64,000 nt of DNA, from contig OZ176053.1 of assembly GCA_964247055.1 (NCBI GenBank), positions 8,308,001-8,372,000 of the forward strand, read 5' to 3'. The stretch is from Paragordius varius (taxonomy: Eukaryota > Animalia > Nematomorpha). Below are positions 25,340 through 36,897 of this stretch, one piece after another (position 1 is the stretch's first letter; the number at the start of each line of letters is the position of its first letter). Under the pieces are notes generated by a model. That model saw only the letters and a program-made list of their open reading frames with translations. It was not told where the DNA came from and did no database searches. A program made the translations under genes and the position numbers.

Positions 25340-27560
25340 TAACAAGTTTTTTGGATTAAAACTGACCCCAAAGTGCGATTTTTTACCTATAAGCCTTTTA
25401 GGTCTTTCTAGGTAAATCTTTGATCGATAATTGGCAATATCCTTTTTATATTTATAGGGCTGATTATTCCTAAGTCGTAAACGACATTTTAGATATGGTT
25501 TGCACTGATTCCACTTCTTTCTAACTTTTACCGCTACATTCAACTGTTCAATATCATTTTACCTCTATTATCATCTTTATCTCATCGGTGGATAAACTCT
25601 TTGCCCTTCTACCTTTCCAAACATTGTGTCTTTCTCTAAGGAATTATATCACATGACATGACCAAAATATGTTAACGTATTTTTAGAATTACGAAGATGT
25701 TTGTTTTAGGATTTAATTGTGTAACTAGCTTTCCATTCCTAATTTTATTTTTCCAGGTGTGTCCTAGCATCCTATGCCAGCAGCTCCTTTCAAAAGCCAT
25801 AAGAATTTCCTTGTCTTTTTTTGTGAGAGTCTAGCTCTTACAATGGGCTGACAGGGAGAACAAAACAATTGAGTAATATTTTTTGGTAACCCCTACACTT
25901 TTATTTTTCCAGATCTTTAATTTGTGGTCATTGCTTCCCTACCCAATCCTATTCTCTTTCTGATGTCAGGAGTTGAAGTGCCATCCTCTAAAATTAAAGC
26001 ACCCAAAAACGTTACATTAGCAACTTCTATTTTCACCCCATCTATAACAATCGATTGTTTCTCTTATGCTTAATTGGTTTTATTAGGGTTTAAGACCATA
26101 ACTCAAACTTTCCTTCCGTATCTCTTCTATTACCCTACACTTTCAGCTATTTCATTTGCAAACCTTAAAGTATCATTTGTTCTCCCTCATATTCTTACTC
26201 CAATATTTTTATCATTTAATCGCCTTATTTTGCTTAGAAAGAACTGAGACGATACCCCTAGAAACTTCAATGTTTTTCACAAGGATTCATATTATCGAAT
26301 TAAATTTGTTCGTAATGGATAAAGATATATAATTCTTTCTAAAATCCCTAGATGTTTCCATTATCCTCCCCATGTTTGATATATGGTCTCTTGTGCTTTT
26401 CCCCTTCATAAACCGTCCTAATTTTCTGGTATTTACTATATAATATTACTGTGCATCCTGTTTTGTATTATTTTAAGCATGACCTAACTCTAGCGTCGCT
26501 AATAAGAAATATATTTCGGTAGTTTTCGCACTTGCTGTATATTGGGATATATACAGATGATACCCAGTCTTTTGTACTCTGTTTCCCACACTTTGCCATA
26601 ACTTGTGTAAAGTTTCTACAGGAATAGCTTTAATGAACTATATTGGGATAAGTCTAATGGCTTTGTTGTTAGGAAATTGCTTTAAGGCTAGCATCCTCTC
26701 TTAGTATAGCTGGATCACGTTCATCCTCTTCTTAATAGAATTCTTTTGGTTAAGGCGCCTAATAAAGATTTTGGGTGTATGTCATCCATCTTTCCGTGCT
26801 TGTGTACAATATGGCGCCCTTCTCTTTTTAAACCTTTTGAACTGATATATATGTTTTGTGAGTCATTTGCTTCAGTCTCTAGAACATTTGCTCCCATAAA
26901 TCCTCTTTTATTATTTTCTGCCACTTCCAGGCATTTTTTGAAAAACTCTTCGTAATTCTTCCTTGTTTGTTGTTAATTTTTGTTAGATATTTTAACCATA
27001 TTGTTATCTCCCTAGATTTTTCCGCTGCTATCATTAAACTCTTTTCTGACATCCATTTATTATCTTTCCTCTTTTTACCCTTTGCTTTTTCCTTGCAACT
27101 CCATTAATATTTTTTATCGCTCCCCATAGTTGTTTAGAACTACATTCATTGTCTAATTTATCCAATCTATCTATTTTCTGATCTAAAACTATTTGGAATG
27201 CTCCGGGTGTCATATCTATATGTCTTTTTAACGTTTTTAATGATTTTAAGTTTGATTTTTGTTATAAAAGCTCATGATCGTTAGAACAATCCCTGCTTTT
27301 GCTTATTATTATCGAGTATAGAGCCTCCATTTTTGTGGACCTTTATATAATCGATTTGGTTTTTGTGTTTGCCTCATGGATGCAGAAACCATGGTCGGTT
27401 ATCATCATCTCGTTTTCCTGACAATAACCAATGCTTCCCCACCCTCATTTCGTTCACCCAATCCATATGGCCCGACTATTTAATCTACTCTACCTCTACC
27501 ATCTTTGCTGTTCCAGTCACCCCCTATGATAACACTAGACAACAAATTTTACCTTTTTTG
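25340..27560 (-). mobile_element. Heavily degenerate non-LTR retrotransposon (APE+RT, RTE-like)
   Basis: Short peptide remnants on the - strand: GSIGYCQENEMMITDHGF (endonuclease region), ALKQFPNNKA (RT N-terminus) and a C-terminal ERPK. Many stops and frameshifts; boundaries approximate. Confidence 0.55.
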
Positions 27561-28432
27561 AGTCCTATTCTTGAATTTTAAAATTTATTTTATTAAAGTA
27601 CATAAATAGTATATCTGAAAAACAAAATTGGTCCAAGACCTTAGAATTTTTTTATCTGGGTCAATATATTTTGACCTCGATTTAACATTAAACTCGAAAT
27701 TTTCGAAATTAAAAGTTTTAGATTAGAGCCATGTATTTTATATCATTCAAACGCTAAAGAATGAATCTTTTAAATAATTAGTCATTTAAATCAATCTGAT
27801 GTAAAATTTTGGGTTTATGTGGTCGAAATTTTCAATCCTCAAATAAGTCAAAAAATTTCAAAGAGAAAATAATTTAAAAATCATATAAGTTATTTTAATA
27901 TAATTATAGGGTTACATTAGTATAAAAATTAAAAAAAAATATTTAAAAAAGCTTTTGGTTTGCTTTTTCAATAAAATTTTTTTATTTAGTGGATACTAAA
28001 ATGCATAGTTATGACTGAATATTACATAATAGTTATATAGTAAGAATATCTCTATTCTAGTCTTTGAAATTTTGAGATAATAAGCCTTCCAAAGAAAATA
28101 ATTAATATGATATGATGGTAATTTTTTAGATACAAAAAATTAAAAATGGCTGTTTTGAATGACATAAAAGCAAAAAATAAGTGTTTTAATCAAAAACCTT
28201 TCTTGTATTATCTTTTTGAGACATTCATTGTCATTTAAACATAGTTTAAGCTATTTTCCTCCATTAGTTTTAAAAATATATTAATTTTAAAAAAAATCAC
28301 GCTTCGCCGGTTTGTCGCTTTCTATGTCAAATATTAAGTATCGGTGTAAATGTGCATTTTATAGGGTTTTCATTACTCTTTCGAAATAACCATATATCAG
28401 TTCCATTAAAAATCTTAAATTAAATAAAAACG

Positions 28433-29914
28433 TAATGAAATTTATCGACATAGGCGGATTAAAAAATAAAAAACAACAAAGCGACAGGACCGCGAGAACT
28501 CTCATATAGCTGACTTATTTAAAAGTATGAAATCTAAGGGCCTTATTCCTTTTCAACAAAATAAAAGATAATAAGATACCACGATTAGCTAAACAGTATT
28601 ACTACTCCCTATAAAAATATAAAAAATTGCACATCATACCGCCCAGTTAAGCTTTTGGAACACATTGTGAAAGTAATCGATCTTAGCTCAAAAATAAGAG
28701 ATTTATATTAATAATATGCAGTTTGCCTTCCGAGGCTGCAGCACAACTATCCCATATTTATTTTAAGGCGCCTCCAAAAATCTACCTGTCTAATAGCCAG
28801 CTATATCATCTATTATGACATGGACAAAGCGTTCGAGAGCATCTCTCGAACGTTTATCTTATGGTGCCTTTAAAAAAGAAATAGTCAAAGGGATCAATGT
28901 CTAGTATTATATGACAACTAAAACTTGTACTTACATTTTGAGTACACAACTTCATTCCACATCACAACAAACTAAACCAAGGTTTAGTTCTCAGCCCCAT
29001 ACTATTTACGATAATAATATAATAGAACCATCAGTCATAAAATCCTTACGGACCTTCCGTGGGAGCTTATCTACGCTGATAATCTATTGTTCAAAAAATC
29101 TAAACGAACTCAGTCAAAAGTTAAAACGTTGGAAAAACTGTCTTGAGCGCCATGGCCTCGCAAAATTAAAAAACTAAAGTAAAGATAACAGGCGAACCTA
29201 TGCCGCATATGCTAAAAAATGTGGGACTTAACTCAATCTACAATAAATGTCAATATTGGTAACATAAATCATGCTCAGAATTAAAAGGAAGTCTAAAAAG
29301 CAATAATACTTACATATGCCCTTGTGTTTTATCCAAACAATATAATCCAATCCAAAATAGATGATAGCGACGAAAAAGGACAAACTATGTTGGTAATAAC
29401 ATTTCCGCTCAAGGAAGTTCACTAAAAGCCATCAAAAATCTCATAAGAATTGGTGGAAAAAGGTACAACCAATATATACATATATTCACCAATAAACATA
29501 TCTCTACAAAAACAAAATATAACTGATTGGCGTTAAGCCTACAATAAGACATGCCTGTGATACATGGCAAATGAACAAAACTATGCTGGTCGATATGGAA
29601 CAAAAAATGATGAGTGCATGGAAGCGAAGAGTTTTTATAATTATAAAACAAATGCCCTGCTAATCGCAAAATACATCCAGATCCGTAGACTTGGCTACGG
29701 TAACATACAAAGATTAGATGATGATAATTGGATAAAAATATAATAAATTTCAAATCAAACAAAAAAACCGAGTTGGTCGTCCAGCTATAACACGGGACAA
29801 CAACAAGGCTATAAACATAAAAGCCGAAGAATGGTTAAACAAAATTCTTTAATACAATGATCAAACACATAAACCGCGTCACGACGGGAATAAGACAAAA
29901 GCCATCTATCTATC
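28433..29914 (+). mobile_element. 5'-truncated, deletion-riddled copy of the RTE element at 31527-34389
   Basis: Colinear blocks shared with the - strand element (AAAGCGACAGGACCG, ATGCAGTTTGCCTTCCG, GGGAGCTTATCTACGCTGAT, CCAGCTATAACACGGGAC, CGTCACGACG); ends in a (TATC)n tail. Confidence 0.85.
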
Positions 29915-29933
29915 AAATCAACATTTTTAAAAT

Positions 29934-30468
29934 TTATGTAAGTTTTGACAAATCTTTTTTTGACAATTTTTGCACACCGTTGTAAAATTTTCCTGGTTGT
30001 ACTTTGGGCTTGTCAATTCTTTTTCTAAGATTATTCAAAAACTTTACTTTTTGTTCTTTAATTTAATTTTCATAAATGAATTTAAAAAGAGACTATTTTG
30101 CTGAGTGGTGTTTTTTTGTTGGTTATATTCTTTTAGCTTCTTATAATTTATGTATATATTTTTGCGAGGCTAAAATTAAATCATAGAAATACCTTTGCCC
30201 CTAATTTAACCAATGATTCTTCCATTGCTTTTGTTTTGTCGGTTCCTTTTAAATTTTTATTATTCATTGACTTTATTTCTTGGTAAATACTATTCATGCT
30301 TTTATTAGAGACAGTGATTGATGGTTGAGGTATAAAAGACTGCTCAATGGATTTCGATATCTTTTTTAATTTGCTTTGTTCGGAAAAATGAACAATATCA
30401 GGATTATCGAACAAAGAAATGGATAGAGGTGGGATTTTAGGTACACAGGGTTTTATTTTGCGTTTCAT
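29934..30468 (-). CDS. C1orf131/DUF4602-like small basic protein; exons 30468-30193, 30169-30048 and 30024-29934 (162 aa), two 23-nt introns
   Basis: The spliced product reads ...ESLVKLGAK|PRKNIYINYKKLKEY...KNKK|KRIDKPKVQPGKFYNGVQKLSKKDLSKLT*. This resembles the family's KLGAKP-x-YxNYK and GKFxNG-x-L motifs. Both introns are GT-AG and restore frame. Confidence 0.75.
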
Positions 30469-30476
30469 GCTTTTTA

Positions 30477-31018
30477 ATGAATGAGAGCAACTTTATATAT
30501 TACTTTGCATACGGCAGTAACCTTTATACAGAGCGTTTGAGACTTTCTATCAAATCCCCAATAAAATATAAAAATGGTCTAGTTAAGGATTATAAATTGT
30601 CATTTTGCCATTACTCCCATAGGTGGAAGGGGGCTTGTGCAACAATAGAACCCTGCAAAGATACGGCTGTATGGGGAGTAATTTGGAAAATAGATCCGAA
30701 AGATAAAATTTATTTGGACAAGTTTGAATAATTTTTTTATAGAATAGACAGGAAGATATATACAAAGGTATATATAATATTGATTATGTTAAATGTATAA
30801 CCGATGATGGGGAAAACATTTTATGCCTTACATATGTCTTAAGAGCTAGAGATAATTGTTTTACACCATCGAAAATTTATATCAATACAATTATTAATGG
30901 AGCTTTGGAACATAACTTCCCAATAAAATATCTTAAATTTCTAAAATCTATACAAGATAACGGCTATGAGGAGTCTTTTGATCATTATAAACAATATTTA
31001 TTAAATACCAATATATAA
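30477..31018 (+). CDS. GGCT: Gamma-glutamylcyclotransferase-like; exons 30477-30721 and 30748-31018 (171 aa), one 26-nt intron
   Basis: YFAYGSNL, WKGACATI and VWGVIWK. After splicing, YLDK|QEDIYKGIY is colinear with the family LDxQEG motif containing the catalytic Glu. C-terminal PSKIY...GALEHNFP. Confidence 0.9.
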
Positions 31019-31526
31019 ATAAGATAGAATTAATTAATATTTTATAATACTTAAAAACATGTGATTATTTTGTTACCCTTCTATCTGATTTTGCCATCCA
31101 TATTGATTTGCAATATATCATTGTTATAGTGGTAACTGAGGCTAATTTGAATGAACCTCATATTATACTATCAGATTACCACACAAACAACATTCGTAAT
31201 ATATTATTAGATCAACCTCGTAACTTATGTTTGTAGTATTATTATATTATTAGATTAACCTCGCCACCTTACTATTATTATACTTTAATTAATTGTAGAA
31301 ACGTAAGCAATTCACCTTGATATATGTGAATACATTTATACCTAATTATATTAGATATATATAGATAGATCATTATATACGAACGAACATATACAATAAA
31401 TTTATCCTTTTTACCGTATCTGACGTTACTTGTGCTCCCATTTATTAATCATACCTTATTTAAAATATATATAATGGTGACGGCATATAATGGTAACTCT
31501 AAAAAATAAGGGTTGGATGATTTTGA

Positions 31527-34389
31527 TAGATAGATAGATATCTGTTGTCAAGGGGTCCCTTGGCATTTCGTCGTGACGGGGTTTAGGTGTTTGATCATTG
31601 CATTGAAGGATTTTTTGTTTAACCAGTCCCCGGCTTTTATGTTTTTGGCCTGAAGGTCTTGGGTAATGTTTTTGTCCCATGTTATTGCTGGACGACCAAC
31701 TCTCTTTTGTTTGTTTGGCTTAAGGTTTGTTATATTTTTAATCCAATTATCGTTATCTAATCTTTGGATGTGACCGTAATAGCCAAGTCTGGGGATTTGA
31801 ATATATTTTGAAATTGGTAGGATTTGTTTATCATGAGAGATTGTTCGCTTAAATGTATTTATCATTCTTTGTTCCATATTATCCACCATATTTTCCTGTG
31901 TTTTAATTATTTGCCATGTTTCGCAAGCATAAGTTATATTAGGTCTAACGCCAATTAGGTATATTTTGTTTTTTGTTTTTGTAGATATGTGTTTGTTGGT
32001 AAATATGTATTTATATTGGTTGTATCTACCTCAACCAATTCTTATGCTATTTTTGATGGCTTCAGATGAACCTCCTTGAACGGAAATGGTATCACCAAGG
32101 TAGGTAAACTTTTGTACTTTTAGAATTTCGCTGTCCCCTATTTTAAGGTAGGATTCAGCTTCTATGGGTGGAATATATTGTTTGGATAGAGTACATGGGG
32201 GGCATATGTAATTATTATTATTTTTTAAAGTTCCATTTAATCCCGAACATGGTTTGTGTAACCAGTATTGACACTTAGTGCATTGGATGGAGTTTAGTCC
32301 CACATTTTTTAAGCATGCGCGGCATGGGTATTTGATTTGATCAGTCTTTTTGTCGCCTGTTATCATAACCTTAGTTTTTTGGATGTTGATTGTGAGACCA
32401 TGTCACTCAAGGCAGGTTTTCCAAAGTTTGAACTTTTGACTGAGTTCGTTTAGATTTTCTGAAGTTAACAATAGATCATCAGCGTAGATGAGCTCCCAAG
32501 GAAGACCAGTACGGATCTCATCACTGATGGTGTCTATTTTTATGGTGAATAGAAGGGGGCTAAGAACAGAACCTTGGTGTAGTCCTGTTGTGATGTGGAA
32601 TGGAATTGTGTACCCTAAATGTGTGTTAACACAAGTTTTACTGTTATCATATAATAACTTTATTGCATCTATGATCCATTTGTCTACTCCTTTTTTTGAA
32701 GACACCAGAAAATAAGCGTTCGAGAGATTTTATCGAACGCTCTCTCCATGTCAATAAATAGATGGTATAATTGGCTACTTTTAGAAAGATAGTTTTCTTG
32801 GAGGCGCCTTAATATAAATATGGGACCTGTTGTGCTGCAGCCTTGACGGAAGGCAAACTGCATGTTGTCAATATTAACTATGTCCCTTATTTTCTGAGCT
32901 AAGATTGATTCAAAAACTTTCATAGTATGTTCTGGGAGTTTAATTGGGCGATATGATGCGCAATTAAGTTTATTTCCTTTGTTTTTATAGATTGGAATAG
33001 TAATACTATTTTGCCAATTTGTTGGGATCTTATTCTCGATTGTTATTTTGTTGAAAAGGGTTGTTAAAATGGGACTCTTAAATTTTATACTTTTCAATAA
33101 GTCAGCTGAGAGTTCAGACGGTCCTGTCGCTTTATTGTTTTTCATTTTAATGCGTTTTCTATGTCGATTTCATTGATGAGTGGTGTGGGGCCAATGTTAA
33201 AAGGCAATATTGGCAGTTCGTCGACGTGATTTGATTCATATAAAATTCCCTTCATATATTCAAGCCAAGTTAGTTTCACGTCTTCAGGTGTGGTCATAGT
33301 TGTACCGTCTTTATCATTAATATATTTATTGGTTGGTATATCTTGCTTATTTTGTATTCTATTTTTTACTATTCTCGAATCGGATGTATCTCTTTCAATT
33401 TCATCAGCTATTTCTCTGCTCCCCTTGTTCTTTTGGACATCAATCAACTTATTGACATATTTTTTATGATCTAAATAAGCTAACTTATCTTTATCGAGGC
33501 CTGATTTTTTCCATTTTTTAAACAATTCAATTTTTTTCGATGTATGACATTTAATTTCATTTGACCACCACCATTTCTTTTGTTGCCTACCGCCATACTT
33601 TTTTCTGCTGCAAACTTTAAGTGCAGTCTTTACTGCCCCGTTTTTTAAGGTGGTCCATATATTTTCAACACTCATATTTTTATCTATAGCTATATTGGTT
33701 GTCTCATTTTGAAAGAGGTTCATTTTTTCTGGTTTAAAGAGGGCATTACTATTTATTTTAGCTTTTAAGACTTTATTTTTATTGTTATTACTATATCTGT
33801 AGTTCTGCTACTATCAAAGAATGTTGTGTTTCACATGTATAAGTCTTTATGTTCCTTATACAATATCGGTGTTTTTGATTGATTAGGACGTAATCAATCA
33901 TTGATTCATTATCATTGCTACGATAGGTGATTAAAGCCTTATTTGATTTTGTAAAGAAAGTGTTAGATACAACTAAATTTAAGGAATTGCAGAAATTAAG
34001 TATTGTTTCTCCTTCATCATCTCTAAAGCCAAAACCATAATTACCATGAACATTTTCATAATCATCATTTTTTGCTCCAACATGTCCATTCAAATCGCCA
34101 CCAATTAGCACAATATCATTTGGTGGTATCTCGTTCCACATTATAATTTAAAATAATTCTGGAGTTGGGGTCTTGCATTATTTATATTGTCATGTTTTTG
34201 CTTTTGGCAACTGGTTAAAGCGCCAGAGAGCCCGCTTGGAATTTCGTGTGAATACAGGTATTGTGGCATTTTATGAGTCTTGACTTGCCAGGAGCCAAAA
34301 TCACCACACCCCACACATTCTTGACGCCTCTTCCGTTTGTCAATGTCCAGGGTGCACGACGGGGACGTGGAAGAAGGACTTAGCACCCT
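31527..34389 (-). mobile_element. RTE-clade non-LTR retrotransposon (partial APE, RT, PHD finger), frameshifted, with TSD
   Basis: LIGGDLNGHVG and SMIDYVLI (APE); YRPIKL, QFAFRQG, FIDMERAFD, GLHQGSVLSPLLF, LIYADD and FTYLG (RT); (TATC)n tail; 11-bp TSD GATGATTTTGA at 31516-31526 and 34390-34400. Confidence 0.95.
34327..34389 (-). ncRNA. Putative HDV-like (nested double-pseudoknot) self-cleaving ribozyme, 63 nt
   Basis: AGGGUGC-UAAGUC-CUUCUUCC-ACG-UCCCCGU-CGU-GCACCCU-GG-ACAUUGA-C-AAAC-GGAAGAGG gives P1 7 bp, P2 8 bp (one G-U), P3 3 bp, a 7-nt L3, P1.1 CC/GG and J4/2 CAAAC. Activity untested. Confidence 0.75.
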
Positions 34390-34520
34390 GATGATTTTGA
34401 CTACATTAATATATGTAAAACAACTTCCTTAATTCCAAACTTTATTTTTTATATAAATTACTTTTAAACCATTGAAAATATTGTAGTATCTTAATATATT
34501 TGTCAATTTATTTTTCTAAT

Positions 34521-35262
34521 TAGGGTTGTGATTTTGACCCCCTTTTTCAAAAAAGGGGGTCTGACCTAGGTCATACCATATGTTATTGCCAATAATAAAT
34601 AACTACATACATAAATACTTGATTAAATTACATAAAAAGGGTTTTTACATAAAGTATATATTTTTTCAAAGTATACTTTCACCAATACTGATAAAATTTC
34701 TAAAATTAACGATCTTTCCTGTATTCATACATAAAGACTATAGAAAGTTCCAAATCACAGAAAGATAAGACTAACAATTTGGGAATTATTGAAACCTATT
34801 TAAGCTCTAATTATTTTAAACTATGAATGAAATCCGAAAATGTTTATTTTCAACTATGTTAAGAGTTGAGGATGTAGAAATTTCTGGCTAATTTCTTCTT
34901 AAAAACAGAAAATTGTAAGTCTAAACTTAAGAAATTAAATACTTAGCTGGCTTACCATCACCCTCTGTCATATAATTTATTTCATAAAATGCTTTTAGAT
35001 GTTTCATTCGGTTTTTATTTAAATATATAGTGTAATTGCATTTCTTGCATGTAACTTGATTTTTTATCGATAAATTTCCAAAAGGCTGATTTCATTATGA
35101 GTATGTAAAAAAATGCATATCATATATTTAAATCAAAATAATACATATATAAGTAATACAAGGTTTTGTTTTCCTAAAAATTGTAAAATTAATAAAATGA
35201 AAAAATAAAAAAAATTGACCTAGGTCATGACCCTAGGTCATTGACTAATGGGCACAACCCTA
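34521..35262. mobile_element. Non-autonomous hAT-type MITE (742 bp)
   Basis: 10-bp TIR TAGGGTTGTG/CACAACCCTA, perfect 8-bp TSD TTTCTAAT (34513-34520, 35263-35270) and subterminal TGACCTAGGTCA palindromes. Confidence 0.9.
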
Positions 35263-36039
35263 TTTCTAATATATTAATTTTTTATATTTTATATAGTTTG
35301 CGTGCAATTTTTATCATAGTTCTAATATATAGTAATTGAATTGGAAAATATACCATATAATTATTATTTTATATGGTTATTATTTAAATATTTGTTTTTA
35401 CATCTTCTAAAGCGGTCATAGTCAGGTGCGCATGTAATCACATTCATAACCGAATTCCACTTGTGTTTATTGACAAACGATTTCAAATATAACCTACGAT
35501 ATTGGGCCAAATTTAAGAATATGCATTCCAGGGCTTTTTAGGCGCATTCTACGAAAAATATTTGAAAATTTAAATTGTAAGAAAAATATTTTTGGTTTTT
35601 TTGTATATTATCGATATTTATCACTTCACCAGTATTTATGTGTGAATATAACATTTAGTTTTTGTTTATACTCGAGCAGTTGTAACAAAAAAATTTTAAA
35701 GGCAAAAAATATTTATCTTTCGAATTCGCACCATATAATACCGATAAAAATTTGCTATTTTTATTAATACTCAAAATATGTATAATCAAAAATTATAATC
35801 ATAAAAAAGCACTTTTAGGGTCCCTGTTGTACCCTTGTCTTGGAGGCTTAATTGCAAAAAAATTAATGTTGATTACTTTTAAATCCAAACAACTCAACTG
35901 ATTTATTACCGAAAATTCGCAATAACATCCAATGTATTTTAAGGTAGTGTTATGTTAGGTAAGATCTTAGAGATGGTGTATGAATGCATTTATTAGAAAA
36001 ATAGAATAATTGAGAGATTCGATTCACATCTTTAGATTT

Positions 36040-36665
36040 TATATAAAAAATTCTAGGGCTTAAGTGCGAAATTAATATAATATTTATTTATTATATTTCG
36101 TCAATAGTAGTATAAATCAGATAAAAAATGAGATAAAAATTAAATAAAAAATTAAGGAATAAATGAAATATAAAGATTATATTGTTTATGATTGTTTTAA
36201 TGGAGGTAATTTTTTTGTAATGTTTGTGGTTTGAGGTGTAACGTAATTTATAAAAACAACAATAGTAGTCTTTATAAATGTTGTGAAAAGGGCGTTCCAA
36301 ATAGACGACATAGCCGTCTTCACGATTGAGTCTAGGTTAGACTTCTTGATTTCAATAGACTCACGTATCCGGCGCTTATTCTATTGAGCTTTGTTAGTGA
36401 TTACGATACGTGTTATAATGTTATATTCATTGTGGATTATATGCTCTGTTAATCCAGAAGAGGGTTTGTACGAAATATTGGTCATTTCATTCCATCGTAA
36501 GATTAAGCGTCCAGACTCTTATATATATGTATCATTACAGGAACAGGTAATTTCAAAGACTCCTGGAGGCTTTCTTTTGGAACTTTGTCTTTACAGCTGA
36601 TTTGAAAAATTTAATAAATAATTATTATATTAATTTCGCTCTTAACGCCTAGAATTTATTTTATA
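36040..36665 (-). mobile_element. Penelope-like element fragment (GIY-YIG endonuclease 3' part) bracketed by a short inverted repeat
   Basis: Minus-strand remnants FEITCSCNDTYI, LTEHI and RRIRESIEIKK...SIWNAL match PLE GIY-YIG domains. An ~60-bp inverted repeat (36040-36100 vs 36603-36665) resembles the inverted pseudo-LTR of truncated PLEs. Confidence 0.7.
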
Positions 36666-36897
36666 GCAAAATAAAATTACATAAATACAATTTTCTATAA
36701 AGGTAATTTACATGATATCAATATCACAAATAGAAATTAAAGATAATCCATGACGGTATTGGTATGATAAATACAAAAATATACGTATAAACTAATAGAT
36801 ACATTATTTGCATCATAATACAAAATTATGAATATATTATCATCACTACAATTTGTATCATACAAAAATATAATTTTAACAAAATTAAATAGGTAAC

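Noticed and set aside
36010-36040. Hammerhead-like CTAAAGA...CGAAT (- strand) next to the Penelope fragment
   Set aside because: Catalytic core positions are mutated and no stems I/III could be built; at most a dead relic.
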